Of a stretch of 64,000 nucleotides of DNA, positions 11,631 through 25,900 are shown piece by piece (the first letter of the stretch is position 1; every line of letters starts with the position of its first letter). The stretch comes from Tubiluchus corallicola. Taxonomy: Eukaryota > Animalia > Priapulida. The notes beneath the pieces are model-generated. The model did not search any database, was not told the origin of the DNA, and was given only the letters and a program-made list of their open reading frames with translations. Where the stretch lies: the NCBI GenBank assembly GCA_030141605.1, contig JAQGDQ010000336.1, forward strand, positions 62,001 through 126,000. Reading direction: 5' to 3'. The position numbers and the translations under genes were made by a program.

Positions 11631-14600
11631 GTTAGTGCTTAGTTAAACATAAAGTTGTCTATCTTTGCTTACTCTCATATCAACATTAGTCATTGCACTA
11701 TTTGTAGTGAAAAAGGACGCGCCATTATGAATTAACACGTTGAATAATTTTAGTAAAAATTTACATCATTACATAATAAATTCTGATAGCTGCTTGTTAT
11801 ATAATATTGTTCAAACCCGATTATTAATTTTTTTATGTTATAAACAATCAGTGCGCCTATGAGAATCTGATGGACACCCCCAATTTTTCTCTCCTAGTGC
11901 CATCTCTTATAAGGAAAAGTGTTGAAGGCATTGGAAAAAATGGTGCAGTCAATTAACTAATGAATTGCAATAAATCATGAAAACTAAATAAACAAACATT
12001 ACAAAATAAATTACAAGTAAAACAATAAAGTGTCATCAAGACGAAAATCTGCCTTAATTAAGGCATTACTGTCTGCTGTATCTTATCATAAACTTAAATT
12101 TACCGTATTTTCCCATGTATAAGAGACCCTTGTGTATAAGAGACCCCTTCAATTTTTAGGCAAAAATTCTGGAAAAAAGTTTTTTGGTAATGAATAACTT
12201 TATTCATCATAGAAATCATTAAATTCCTCATCACTCTCATCAAAAATATCAACTGGAGTCAGACCTTCAGCAATTCCAGCCAATTCATCATCAGAGGAGT
12301 CACTCTGCTCAAAAATGGCATTGTCCTCTGTGCCGTCCATGGCATTGGAGATGCCGCACTTCTTGAAAGATTTAAGAAAGTCATTGTTTTGGAAATCTCA
12401 ATAAAATCTCCACAATGTCTTAATTCAGATGTTGTTAAATTACAAAACTTCAACAACCTTAATGATTATAGAGATTCTTTCATCCAAATAGTATTCTTGT
12501 AGCCCACCAATGCACTCCTTCCGTGGGCACTAAATCTTTCAATTAATAGAGTTGCCAAAGCTTCACGCAGTATTCTAAATGAGTCTAAGTGTAGCCTAGC
12601 CTGTGTGTTACTTCAATATGTCTTTATCTCTAGATTCTATGTGAGTCTTTATCAACCCCAAAACCATGTACTCCATGGCATCTAGTGTGTGGTATTCAGC
12701 AGATCCTGACTACTACTGGGTATCCAAATGTTAGAAATATTCACTCTTGTTTTTATCAGTGTTGGCATTTAATTTATATAGCTGCTTAGAAAAGTATCTG
12801 CTACAAATAACAGTGCCATAATTTTGCCTTTTTTATTAAAGGCAAACAAGTTGATAGTCAGTGGTCCAACAGTTACTCCAGCTGGGGAGATGATGAAAGC
12901 GGATGGGCAGAGCCAGGTGTCCCTGATGCAGATTTTTCCAGTTGGGGTCAACCCAGCCAGGGAGGCAGTGGCTGGGGTGATGGAGACAGTAAGTCAGACT
13001 GGCTATCAGGAGATCATTCAGAGAACAACTCAGAGTCTGGCAGTGACAATGCCTCACAACATTCTGGATCTGTGATATCTAGCTCAAGCAAACAAGGTCA
13101 CAATGACCTAGGTCAGGGGTCAAATATAAGTCAAAGTTCAAGTTCTTCCATGCAAGGCGGCAATAGTTGCTGGGGTGTGAAGGCATCAACGTCATTGTCC
13201 TGGGTCCCAAATGCCAAATACAGCCAAGGACAAACTATGTCAAGTGTGACAAGTGATACTCGTAGCTCTCAGGGGAGAGGAAATGCTGGCAGCTATGATC
13301 AGAATCTACCACCAAACATAGCAAGTACAGGTGCTTACACTCAGCAAAATAAAGGTTGGCAGGATCTGAATCTATCAGCTGGTGTCATTGGGTGCCCCAC
13401 TTCTAAAACTTCTAATGGGTGGAGTAACATTCCTGATGGTAAACAGGCAAATCACGTTCTAGATGGAGATAATCCAAGTGGATCTCAGTGGCCTTCTGGT
13501 GGAGGTAGTGGATGGGGTGACAGTAAGAATACAGGATGGGGCTCCACAAGTCAGGTTGCATCAACCAGTGACTGGAATAAAACTGGTGTGCAAGCATGGG
13601 GCACACCTGTACCACAAAGTAATAATGTTACAAAACCATCGCAGCCTATCCCGTCCAAATCTCCAAACACATGGGCACAGGCTGCTGGTAAAGGCCTTCC
13701 AAAAACAACTGAAAGTACTCAAAATGCAGCAGCCATTGCCAAAGCTCAGGCAATTGATGCTCTAATCAATAGTCCTGATGGTTGGGGTAAGACACCAGTA
13801 CAGCAAAGTACAAGCTGGGCAGATGTTGACAGTCTGGAACCTGATTCCAAAACTGGTATTTCAATGTGGAAGGCTGCACAAGCAGCAAAATCTCGCCCTC
13901 CTCTTCCTGTGCAGCAACTAATGCCACAGCAGCAACAGTCAATGCCGCCTCAGTTGCAGCAACAGCAGCATTTGCAAAATGGTCAAGAATCATCGTGGGA
14001 TAGAACAGGAAGAAACAATAGTACAAGTTCTGCTGGTTCTGGATGGGGTGATTCTGATAATATGCAGGGTAATATTGGTACTTCCCAATGGCGAGGTTCA
14101 ACCTCATCTTGGGGATCACAAGATCAGCACGTTGGGCCTTCAGCTGCAAGCAGCATGAGCTGGGGAGCTTCTAGTCCTACCAGCAGCAACATCAATACAT
14201 CTAGTCCTGATTCACTTGGCACACCGCTTCAGTCTGCAGCTGATCAAGTTCCAGAAAAATCTATTGTTCCTACGGGGTGGGAGGAACCTTCACCTCCGAT
14301 GAGGCGCAGAAATCTGACAGGTATGACTGATGTGGATGATGGAACTGCGGCATGGGGAGAACCTGGTGCCAAGCAACCTGTCCAGAAATGGAATGAAATT
14401 TCAAGTTCTGCACCATTATCACAAGTATGTTTTTATCACATCTTCAGGATTTTCATAGTAAACGCTTTTATAGCAGTTAATGACTGTTGTGTTAGTGTCA
14501 AGTGCAAAAAACCTAGTTGCTGAATTATTTTTAATTGCTTCATATAGCATTTGATATCTTTAGTATCATTCATTACATATGCACTAACTACTTGTGACAA

Positions 14601-17600
14601 ATGACATATTTCCAATTTGGCAGTCATCATACATTATTATTTTGTTAGTTCTTGTACAAGTTTGTTGGTAAGTCATTTGATTGGGTATTATATTATTATA
14701 AGTACATAACTCTATTTTAATTATTGCCACATTAAAATTTCATATTTTTTCTGACAGAACGAAATGAACTGGCAGCAAGGACCACCAAAGCCACCTTCAG
14801 CAACTGGGTGGGGTGATCCACCAGGTGGAAAACTTGATAACAATATTGCAATTTGGGGTGCTCCTGGAAACAAAGGTCCAATGCCTCCTGGCCATCCTGG
14901 CCATCGTGGTAGTGGTCAACGTGATGCTAATCAGTGGCCGAAAAGTGGACTGTGGGGTGATGATGGAACAAATAATGCTTGGGGAGGGACAAGAAAGGTA
15001 CTATTCTTTTATTTTTTGTATGATCCTTTTCTATATTTATCCTCACTGCCTTGTTTACTTGATGCATTTTTTGAGAGGTGAAACAAGTCTTAAGTTTGCT
15101 CCTCTAGTACTTGTGATCATAAATTCATTGGTACTCACGGATAAATTTGAAATTATACACTGAAGGCAACACTTGTGTTGGGACAATGCGATCGATGAAA
15201 AATGGGTTAAATTGTTGAAACTGTCAACTATAGTGAAAGCAAGTTTGCACATTGGCTTCTAAAAAATGAAAACACGAGTAGGTCTATGGTATACTAGACA
15301 TATTCCGTTGTTAAATATAGTAAATGAGTAATTTTGCAAACTTCATTTACTCATGTTCCAATGAACTTACATCGTTGGTATACCTTATTTTGTTTTAATT
15401 TGCACCATTTGTCCCAGCAGAGATGCAGATTTTTATGGGACTCTACTTTATTATTGCATTCTGTGTTTTGCACATATATTTATCAGCATTAAATTGTTTT
15501 ATGAGATTTACTTTGTTTTTAGTTACCAACTGTGTTTTGTATATTTTTTTAGCAAAGCAGCATTGATGGATGGGATCCTGAAATGTCTGGAAACAATACT
15601 TGGGGTGAACCTGATAGTACTATTGATACTTGGGAAGGAGATTCCAGGGGCTGGGGAAAGCCCAAACCAAAGGTACAGTATTGTGTAAAACTGAAATGTT
15701 TTCATGAAATGTAAAGATTTTTTGTATTATTTGGTGCTTAATTCCAATACTGCAGATTAACCATTTAAAGTGTGGCAACCAATTTCAAGTGTGGAATTGA
15801 AGTTAAAACATGATCTGAGAACTAAAGTTTAACTAATGGCTTGTACTTTAATTTTCATTTGTTTTCTTTCCTTTAGAGAGAAGAAATAGAAAATCTTTTG
15901 GTGAACTCCATGAATAATATAAACCTTGATCCTTCAATTGGTATGTAAATGTTTTTAACTGTTTGTAACAGATTTCAACATTGCTATGTTAGTGTAGCCT
16001 TATAGCACTATTTTAAATTACAGATTAAGTAAAGTAATGATCCCTGATTTTTGTGTATCTGAGCTATGTATTAGATCTGCATTACATTGGTAATATGACT
16101 AATATTTAATTGTCGCCAGAACTATACTTGTGTCGGATAAACTTTTTGATTTGACTTAAGAAAGTTGCTAAAACCTGAGTTTGTTAGTAATTCAGTAGTC
16201 TGCTGTAAAAAGACATTTTAATTGTTTTCTAGTGACCGGTAGAGATGTGAGACTACAAATTTTGAGTGACCAGTACTATAAAAATTTTAATTTAAGGCAT
16301 TAAGCCCAAGTGTATCCAACTGCCTGAAATGTGTTTATCTGTTGTTGATCAGTTGAGAGTGGACACAGAAATTTTATAAAGTTAGTAGGATTAGTTGACA
16401 TAGTGTTGTCGTCTTAGTGAACAGTTTTACTTTAAGCACACAAACATGCTTGCTCAGCATTACTGTATTTTTATGGTTAATTTGCATGCTTTATGCTGCA
16501 GGTGATGTGATGCCCGGTGGAAATATGGACAAACCTGATATGCCGCACTCTCAAGTGCGTACTCTCAAAGGCCGCGGCGGCGGCGACGATGCTTTTGATC
16601 ACATGATGACGAGTGACAGCCCTAACGACCTGTCTATGCCATTTGTGCCTCTGCCCCATAATACTCCAGGAAACCAGTCAGCTAAGCAAGCTAGTCTCGC
16701 ATCAAATAACTCTAGTCTTAACAACATGAACAGTATTATCACCCCTGCTCTTTTTCAGAAGTTTATACAGCAACAGCAGCAACAACATTTGGGTCGAGGT
16801 CCACCACTTAATCCACAGGTATCGACAGTGTCGTACTTCAACTTTTAGTAACTTTTCGTGCATTACAAGCTGTTTAACATTGCAATTAAAAGAATTGTTT
16901 AAAATTTTATTGCATGCTGTTTTACATTACTGTGTTCAGACTGAGTCAGATGAAACGTGTCTCATGATTATTAACAATATAAGCTGTATCCAGTTCAATT
17001 TCTAATTTTACAAATTTAGACCCTGATCTACACGAGCGTAATTTAAATGATATAATGGACTTGGCAAGTGCATTCGTCCTGCCACTTAAAAACAGATGTT
17101 GTTAACCCAGCCTAATATTAGTTCTGATGTTAGTCAAAGTTACTAATTTGATGCATTTTTCTATGCAGCAAAATCAAATGCTACAACTGCAGTATGTACA
17201 ACAGTTGCGTCAAGCCATGCACGCTGGTCTCATTCAGCCTCAACTTCTGAACCAGAACACACTGAGCCCACAAATGTTGAGTGTTTTGCAGCAGTTATTG
17301 CAAAATCAAAACTGTCTACATAACCTCATAGCTCAGAAACAGGTATATTTGTTGTTGTAAATTTGTTAGCATTGAAAAATGTATATCAACTTGGTTTATG
17401 AAATCTTCATTTTTATCACAAAATATATGGTACAGTTGCAAAGCAAAAAGCAGTGCATTTAGATCTGTTTTACATTGTGCATTGTAACTTCAGGGATGCA
17501 GCTTTTCTGTGTTGGAATGTGCTGATTTAATTAATTGTGATTGTAGAATTAATTTTATGTTTTTGTATTTTGAAATATGGTTAGTTCAAGGTTTAGTATT

Positions 17601-20143
17601 TAAAGACGTAAGTGGGACCAAAGTCATTGAAGCACAAACTGAATGCTATTTATGAAAACTGAATTAAACTAAAGTCGTTGTAATGCGCTACTTATACTTG
17701 CAGATTATAACAACCAACAAGGTTTTATCACCAAATGCGCAACGTCAGCAGCTGACTGAGGTTGAAGTGAAAATCAATAGCATGACTGAGTTGATTCGCA
17801 AACAGCAAGCTTCGTTGCAGATTCTTATCAAGCAACACCAGCAAGTAAGTTTAGCAGGGCATTTCAAGTACATCCTTGCATGTGTGTCATCTACTGTGTA
17901 TTATTATTATTATTCATTTTTAATACAATGGTCATTCTTTACAAGTACTAGCGCTTTTTGTCCAATTGATATTTGATTAAAAGACTGGCACACTTAACAA
18001 TAGGAAAGAATTGGAATTTTACTTTGAAATGAATACTTTTGTAGTAAATATATAGTGATATGCAATGTAAGATTGTGATTGTCATTTAATGCAGCTTGCT
18101 TATATGCCTTCTCTTACAGGCCTCTCAAGATTGGCAGCAACAGTCGGGTCAGTCTCGGTTCAACATTTGGAAACGCCCATCGCCAGATAAAGATGATGAT
18201 CCTTTTAACAAATCATTGGGTCCAATCGGCAAGCCCTCTGCAACTGGGGCTCTGCTGCATTCGCATTCCACCCCCAACCTACAGCAAGTTCCATTTGACA
18301 ATCTTGCTGCAACTTTCAATATCCCGTCCATGCCCCAAGGTGGTGATAATACGTGGTCAGTGAACAGCACTGGCTCTTCTGGATGGCCATCATCTGACAA
18401 CACAACAATAACTTCGAGCACCAGCTCCATTGATGGCAAGGAATCTCACTTATCAGATGCGGGAATACCTGAGTTTGAGCCAGGTAAACCCTGGAAGGGA
18501 CAGTGTTCCAAGAGTATAGAGGATGATCCACATATCACCCCTGGGACTTTTAATTCCCGTGCTTCATTGTCTGTTGCAAGTATCAAGGAGTCAGACATCA
18601 TTCGTACGCACAGCATTGCTGAAGCAACTCCTTCTACTGATACGTCTTTCACCGCCCCTAGTGCATGGTCTTTCACTCCCGGTTCTCAAATGAATGCATT
18701 CAAGCCTCCCAACAAATCATGGGATTCTGCTCATACCCCTACGTCTATCACTTCCGAGTTGTGGGGTGCTCCGTATCCGCCAAAGAATATTATCATCCCT
18801 AATCGTCCTCCACCTGGATTAACTGGCAAAGGAAACTGGAACCAGGGTGTTGGTGGTCTTCAAGGAGCACATTTTAGTCGACAGTGGAGTGCTCCACCAG
18901 AAAATCGTTCCGCCTTTACTCCTGGTAGGAATTTTTGTTGATATCAGTTGTTTACGTTTCGTGACATATATTATAGGACTTTTTTTGGTCTCAAAATCAC
19001 GACATTTTTTTGGACTTCGCAGTTCGCAAATTGGTTAATAATACCACATTTTGTGCAATTGCAAACTAGCATAGTTGACTAGAGGTTGCAGTCAGTAATT
19101 TATGATTGTATTATTTATAATTTTTATACAGTTGTTTGTACTCGTTAAAAAGTTTGTAGTAACTGTTGCATAATTCTGTTTTGTGTCAATGTTTTACTAA
19201 ATATTGTTAGCAAGTGATGACCACACTTGCTTATGTTGCACAGTGGCAGACAAATCTTTTATTTCATGCTACCAAGTGCATGTGTTTCCAATTTCATTGG
19301 AACTTGTTGCAGAAAGATTTTTATTCACTTTTGCAGTTCATTATCATTAACTTTTGATTTTTTATACAAGTTAGCTTGTTCATGGCTAGGTATAGATGCC
19401 TAAAACTTATTATTTGTGGAAGGATAAATTGTTTTTCTTTATTAGGGTCATGGGATCGTGCAACTACCTGGTTAGTGCTGAGGAACCTCACGCCACAGGT
19501 AATATTTATTCATTGATAATTTTTGATGTAAGCTTACAAGAAGTTGGGAAATTGGTTTGTCAAGCATTTTTGACGTTGGCAAAATATTAGGAAAATATTT
19601 GGTGATGTGAACTCATTTTTTCTATCATAGATATTACGAGCACACCAGAAATATACTTGTGTATAACGTGTCATATTTGAGCTTGCTCCTTTTTTACAGT
19701 AATAAATTGAGTAGCACAGCTGTAAAAAGTACATGTGGGTGATGCATGTGAATCGTTAAGCTCAATAGTTTGCAAATAGAAAATACAATTATATACGAAC
19801 CACCATTTAGTATTTTTTAACTTCATTTTTTTTATAGATTGATGGCTCTACATTGAAGACCTTGTGTGCCCAGCATGGCCCGCTGCTAACTTTCTACCTC
19901 AACTTGAACCATGGTAATGCACTTGTTCGTTACTCCAGCAAGGATGAAGCAATCAAAGCTCAGCGCAGCCTTAACACCTGCGTTTTAGGCAATACTACTA
20001 TCTTGGCTGATTTTGCTAACGATGCTGACATTGAGAGGTTCTTTGAACAACCCAAGAAGAGCACGAACAACGCAAGTCAAATGTCTGGAGAATGGTCAGG
20101 TGCTGTGAACACCTGGACAACTAGTACGAGTGGTGGATGGTAA
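11597..20143 (+). CDS. TNRC6: GW182/TNRC6 family miRNA-silencing scaffold protein (11 coding exons, ~1278 aa)
   Basis: Exons with GT-AG ends and consistent phases: 11597-11630, 12842-14424, 14758-14997, 15553-15672, 15877-15940, 16502-16818, 17169-17342, 17704-17844, 18120-18924, 19446-19498, 19838-20143 (sum 3837 nt, divisible by 3). Many GW/WG repeats; [21 protein letters not shown] and DDGTAAWG Argonaute-binding-region motifs; Q-rich region; QSRFNIWK; PAM2-like [12 protein letters not shown]; C-terminal RRM ([10 protein letters not shown]|[16 protein letters not shown]). Confidence 0.95.
12101..12600. mobile_element. Tc1/mariner (Tc2/pogo-like) DNA transposon end fragment in GW182 intron 2
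   Basis: TA-CCGTATTTTCCCATGTATAAGAGACCC with an internal repeat TGTATAAGAGACCC, a terminus type seen in Tc2-like elements. No partner TIR found; right boundary approximate. Confidence 0.45.
12842..14424 (+). CDS. TNRC6: GW182 large N-terminal GW-repeat (Argonaute-binding) exon
   Basis: Open frame extends upstream of the 13072 ORF ([21 protein letters not shown]...); ends at CAA|GTATGT. Confidence 0.92.
18120..18924 (+). CDS. TNRC6: GW182 silencing-domain exon (CIM1-like, PAM2, M2)
   Basis: [35 protein letters not shown]; acceptor cttacag and donor G|GTAGGA. Confidence 0.92.
19838..20143 (+). CDS. TNRC6: GW182 last coding exon (RRM and short W-containing tail)
   Basis: [38 protein letters not shown]...[15 protein letters not shown] is the GW182-type RRM; TAA at 20141-20143. 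Confidence 0.93.
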   Translation: MDGSTLKTLCAQHGPLLTFYLNLNHGNALVRYSSKDEAIKAQRSLNTCVLGNTTILADFANDADIERFFEQPKKSTNNASQMSGEWSGAVNTWTTSTSGGW

Positions 20144-22517
20144 AATGGCGGTAGCAGAATGGGAAGTGGTGAAATGGTGATGCTATAAATGGGAGCAAAA
20201 TTTCCCTACTATTCTCGAGTTAGGCATCACCATCTTTTTCTAGTCTTTTTGTACTTGTTACTGCCATGACTTTGGATGTGTTCTCGTAATAAGTAGTGCT
20301 ACGTCATAGCATTTGAATTTTATCTGGATACTTAAATTACATATCCCTTATTTTCGTCAGGATTTATTATAGATGGAAATGTGCTGTGTAGATTGTGCTG
20401 GACTTGCGTGGCTGACCGTTGGTACAACGGAATCTGCCCATTAACACAAATAGCACTCTGGAAAAGTGTTTGCAATCATTGCCAAACATTTATGTGTAAC
20501 AATCATCCTGTGATAAATTTTTGTACCATGTTTTCGGTACATGTGGGTATTAAACGAGTTTCATCTCATGTCGTGTTTAAACTAAAAAAATACTAAAAAA
20601 ATGGGTTAATAATATGAGCTTTTAGGCAATAGTGTTTGCAAACATTGCATGTTGCACAAAATTGTTATGCTAGCTTAGTGCTCTGTGTGTACTGCCATAA
20701 TAATGATATCCTATATTGTTCTGCAGTTATGCCAGTATTTTGAGACTGGACAAGCATTTTTGGAAATTTTGGCATTTCTTCCAAAAAATACTGTTGTCAA
20801 AACCCTTCCACTTGTGCTTGCTCAGTTCCTACTAGCACTTACAGGTAGCCAGTGTTGATATGTTGTTATATCGGTTATATATTTCCGGTTTTATTGAGTG
20901 AAAAAATATCAAAACATTTATATATTAATTACTTAACGTGTTGATGTACTGCTCAAAGTGTTTGTGTTGTGTAAACTCCTGACAGACTTGCTTAATTGTT
21001 GTGTTGGAGATTTGCTATCTTTTGAATTGCCTTCATGGAAATCGAGTAATGTGAACAGTGGACTTGGGCAGCTGTCCATGTGAATATAATTATTAAAGGA
21101 GAGTGCCTGCACTATACGTATGCGATATTGCCAAATAAACTGCTCCGAAAGAAGTGATCGCCATGTCCTTTAGGACACAAATTAGTAGCATCAAAAGACA
21201 GATTGTTGTGTATTGTGACTGCAGACAATGCATATCTAATTACCCATTGTCGACTGCAGAGATGCGTAATTGATCACATTCGGTCTTATAGTCATTCCTA
21301 CATTTGTAAATTTTTGTAAAGTGGAGTTCAGTGGTGCCAGCAATTATATTGTGGCCGCTGCCTGAATAATCATTTTATGCCAAATGATGTGATTAACTAT
21401 CATTCACGTCTGATTTATCGAGAAAGGACGATACTGTGCAGCTGATTTGAAACAAGTGTGTAGATGTCAGTGACCAGGATGCAAGCAAATTGGTGCATCC
21501 TGTGCAGGTTTATGGTATCTACATGTGTACTGCCGTTATGTTTGTGTACCTCAACTTGCAGATGTTTGTGATAAATCAAAACCATTATTATAACTTGCAG
21601 TTGTTCTATGTTTATTCCCCAACAATTGTTTACTTTTAAAAGTTTAGTTATTTTACCAAAAAAGTGCAGTCATTTGAAAAGAAAGTGGTTTGACAATGCT
21701 GTGTTTATATTAGTCATGCTTGAATTCTGATCGGCTGGTGGATGATGAGATGTGTGATTTTTGCCAAAGTTCTTTGTGTTGGGATTTCGACATCTCATGT
21801 TTTAAGATCTGCATCGCTCACGTTGTCAGTGTTGGACATCATGCCACAGGAAGAACTACGGTAAAAATGGCAGCTGATTAATCTTATGTTAAGCTTTAGT
21901 ATTAGGGAGTTTTAGCATGAGGCAGCCTTATTGTACATGTTGGACTAGTAATGATTTATTGTTTTTAACCCAAAGGATCTCGCTGTATCGTACATGGTAT
22001 AATGTTTGGCTTGTGTTCTGTATTCAGTGGCCAGACCATAAACTTGTCAATGATTGATACCTGCCTTTTCACTTCCGTCTTTTGCCCAGTCGCCAGTACG
22101 GTGATATAGATTGGTTTTGACGGTTCTTTTAAGTGACCTTTCGGTGCTAAGTAGTCTTAGAACCGTTAAAAGCGTATGGTTATTGTGTATAATATATATA
22201 GATATGAAAGTACAAGTATATATGTATATTAAAATATGAAAAAAAGAGTTGTGAATTGCACATTCATTACAGTGTCATATTTTGATGCCTAATAGATTTG
22301 CATGAGTGTTCAATTTAGTTTTAGTAAATAGTTGCTATAGCTCACTGTGAATGATACTGACACTGTATTGCATGTTCTATTGACATTAAAAAAAAGAAAC
22401 ACGTGCTCGAATTGAACAAAGCACAAATTATTGCTCTATTATTTTTGTGGTGGCAGGAATGAATATAATTATAGCAAATGCATTTCTGAATTTTCTCCTA
22501 ATGCCTGGTATGTGGGT

Positions 22518-22537
22518 GGAGAGAGAGAGAGAGAGAG
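22518..22537. repeat. (GA)n microsatellite
   Basis: Directly visible. Confidence 0.9.
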
Positions 22538-22858
22538 CACAGTCTTATTTTTGCTGCTTTCTGTATTCGCATGGTAGTAGGGATGGTCTATTGTTATGTG
22601 ATATTTAGCATCGTACAGTCTTTCCATTAGGCGAAGTGTATATCAGACAATGTTTATTAATGTTTTATATAGGTTTTGTCCAGGGATTGGGATTTCTAGC
22701 GAAGTAACGACGGCTTATGTATATCACTTTTATATTAACCCGATGTGTATTTTTTCTTTGACACGTAAATTCAAAATTAGAATTTCTGAATTTGAGAATT
22801 TGCTTTTTTGATAACTTTTTTCTTGCAAAACCATAAGTAAGAATGAACTAGACAGTGT

Positions 22859-22860
<2 letters not shown>

Positions 22861-22904
<44 letters not shown>
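22861..22904. repeat. (TA)n microsatellite
   Basis: Directly visible. Confidence 0.97.
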
Positions 22905-22908
<4 letters not shown>

Positions 22909-25900
22909 GAGATATAAATATGTTGTGGTTGTTGTCCAGTATGCAGAGTTATTGAATCTGTCAGACAGCTTTCTATTATCATTATAATTCCATTGTCTCA
23001 GTTCATGTAAGTTTAATTTCCAGACAATTTGTTTAGCTTTCATTGATATTTAGTTGTATTGGCAATGAATTTATGTAGCCAGTTTATCATGGCCACCTAC
23101 TGATATCACCGTATTTCAGAGAAATTCTCTGAATTTTACAAACTTGGTGTAGATATGTTATTAATGCCATGTAGTTTTACCTTTGTGTGAAAATAATTCA
23201 TTGTCTTTAATTGTTGCGTTTACACTGTGTTGTTTTTAGACTGCTCAACAGCTTTTTAAAGTGTATTCCGTACTTTCTGAACGCTAGTCAGAGCTCAATC
23301 CTGTCTTGGACTAAACAGCAATCTTTTGATAATCATTGTAGTGTAGTTACTTTATAACAATGGACTGCAGTTACTAGTCATTGTGATACTTCATGCTACC
23401 TAGCATACTGGTGTTCAAATCTTATCATATAGAGTTTGCCGATCTATTATGATTTTAGCTCTACTGTTTCAAACATTCATTGTAGGAACAAGTACTGGCT
23501 GTCCTTTGGTGAGCTGTTAAAGGTGCAAGGCATTCTTTTCTTTGAAATCACTTTATTCTCATAAGCGTGTTTTACCGGAATTGTATAAGATTGCTATAGC
23601 CCTTAGACCAAAAAACGATATTTCTGTATTAGTTAATGCATGGTGCTGTCTGTTCTCTAAGAATTATTTAAATATTGTATTACTATATGTGCAAAGTGTA
23701 TTCCATTTTCAAATAAAGTCTTTGAATGTATCCAGTGTGAGCAGCTTATCATTAAGGTATCCTCGGTAATATATTGTCAGATGATGTCTCAGGACTGTTT
23801 CAGTTTTCTTTTATAATGACTTAGTTAGGATTGTTGAAGTAGTGAGTTATAAAGTGCTTTTATTGTCTAATCTCAATATTACTTGTAATTCAATGCACTC
23901 TATTGCGATATATCCGGCATTTATTTTTGTTGAATAATTTTCAGATCACATTTAATGTTGATTCACGACTGGTGTTAAATAATTGCGCATTGATTTGCAG
24001 ACATGAAGTTTTTAACAGTGATTGGATTTGCTTAATTCTGTGTCATTGTTAGCTAACGTTTCTCGTCTGATCACTCATTAGCATATCTCTGGTTTTGTCA
24101 TGGCCTCTGTGTTTGTGATATGTATTCATTTTATTCACTAGTTAGCATTTGCGGCGGCGTGGTCTCAGTTTTGTGATAATCAGTCTTTTTAGGTGCACTG
24201 TATTTAATGTAACGGGTAAAGTTCTGCCTGCATTACTACATGTCATTGCGTGCCGAATCTGTATGTACTGCTTGCATGCAGAATTATAAATGTTAAAACT
24301 TTCAGTTCTTTCTCACATAATAATGATGCATTGTTTGTAATAAATGATAAAAATGCAGTAATATGTACTTGAACTGGAAGGCCACTTGCTGTACTTGTAT
24401 ATATTAATAGATTATAGGCCCGGGTTTTGCTGGTGGTATGGTACTTGTATAATATACATATTGAAACATTGTTGTGTACCACTCGGCACGTACTGTGGCT
24501 ACTCGTATTAGCATTAACATCGGTAAGAGAACAGTTGCTGCATTGCATCACTGTACAAGAACTCGAATGATTTTGTGCTTGTTAGTGTTTTGTATAGGAA
24601 ATGTCAGAATGTAGATTGATTTACCAAAAGAATTTTCATACAGTTTTAAAACTGTACCAGCAGATTTTATTGTTATAAGGAGCAAAAATTTAATCCAGTT
24701 CGTTTAATCTTAATTCATTGTGAAAACATTTGCTTTGAACATTTCCTTGCTAAAATGTTTACTAAGACTGTTTTTTTGTTGTTGCTGCGGGATTTTAGTT
24801 CCAAACTTGAAAATGTGCAGTTTTACTGGATTTGTATTTTTCTGAGCATTGCTATGAAAATGTTCCAGGGAATACACTCCTTGTTCACAGCGTTTCATCA
24901 GTATAGAGTTCCAGAAATAATGTAAAAATGGTCTACTAAAATACATTTTGCAATGATGCACATATGTGAATTTCTAAATTAGTCATCTTGTAGAGCATTT
25001 AAGAAAAAGCAGGAAAACATTTTTGAATTTTTTCAAAGCTATTGTGAAAATGTTGTTTTTCTGCAGGGGAAATTATATTACAACATTGTCCCTACGTGTC
25101 ATTTAGTATGAAACTTTGAACAAAGTGCAATAATTCATTTATCAGTTCATTCTGCTTTACACTGTGGGTAGATTCAGCAAAAATCTAGCAATGCTTCAGA
25201 AAATGTTTTCAGTGGTTGTGTATCAGATGAACTGAATTACAAATTGATACTATTATTTGTGCAGAAATTTGGTTGTTAGGGCATTTCCAAAGAGTTATTT
25301 GTATATAACAGAGCTTTATTTACACAGGAACAAGGCGGAGCTTTCCATTTAGCCTTATTGTTTCAAACAGAAGTCAGTTACTTCAATTATCTCACTTTAA
25401 TGGTCACATCTTTTCAAGAAGATTTGATTTTGGTTTATATGTGCCTAAAGCTTGTTTTTATTTATCGTTTTTTCACACCTTATTAATTTGTTTTTAAATG
25501 AGTTCAAAGAAACCGTTTGACATCCAGGTTTGCAGCAATTGGAATACCCAGTGTTTTCGTTGGAGTGTGGTGCAATGCAGTTGTTACAGTATTTGTGCTG
25601 TGAATCATCGTGAGTCAGTCACTCTGTACGTTGTATCTTGTGTCGAGTATGGAGTCTAATTGTGTAAATTTATTAAGATGTGCAGGACATGTAATCATTG
25701 CAGTCTGTGCACATATTTGTCCCCTATTATAATACTATATGATTGATTAAAAACTATTGCATTGAGTAATGGTATCAAGTACAGGGTTTGTATGTCGACG
25801 ATCACTAATCATGTAAATTGGAAATTATTAGGAATGCTGTGTAGAAGTCCAAAGTTGCATTGTGATAACTTGCTTCATCAAGAGTGTGATTGTTTTTAAA

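Noticed and set aside
12824-13075. 83-aa ORF and other alternate-frame or antisense ORFs overlapping GW182 exons
   Set aside because: The GW-rich frame continuous with 13072-14424 explains the region; the others are shadow ORFs.
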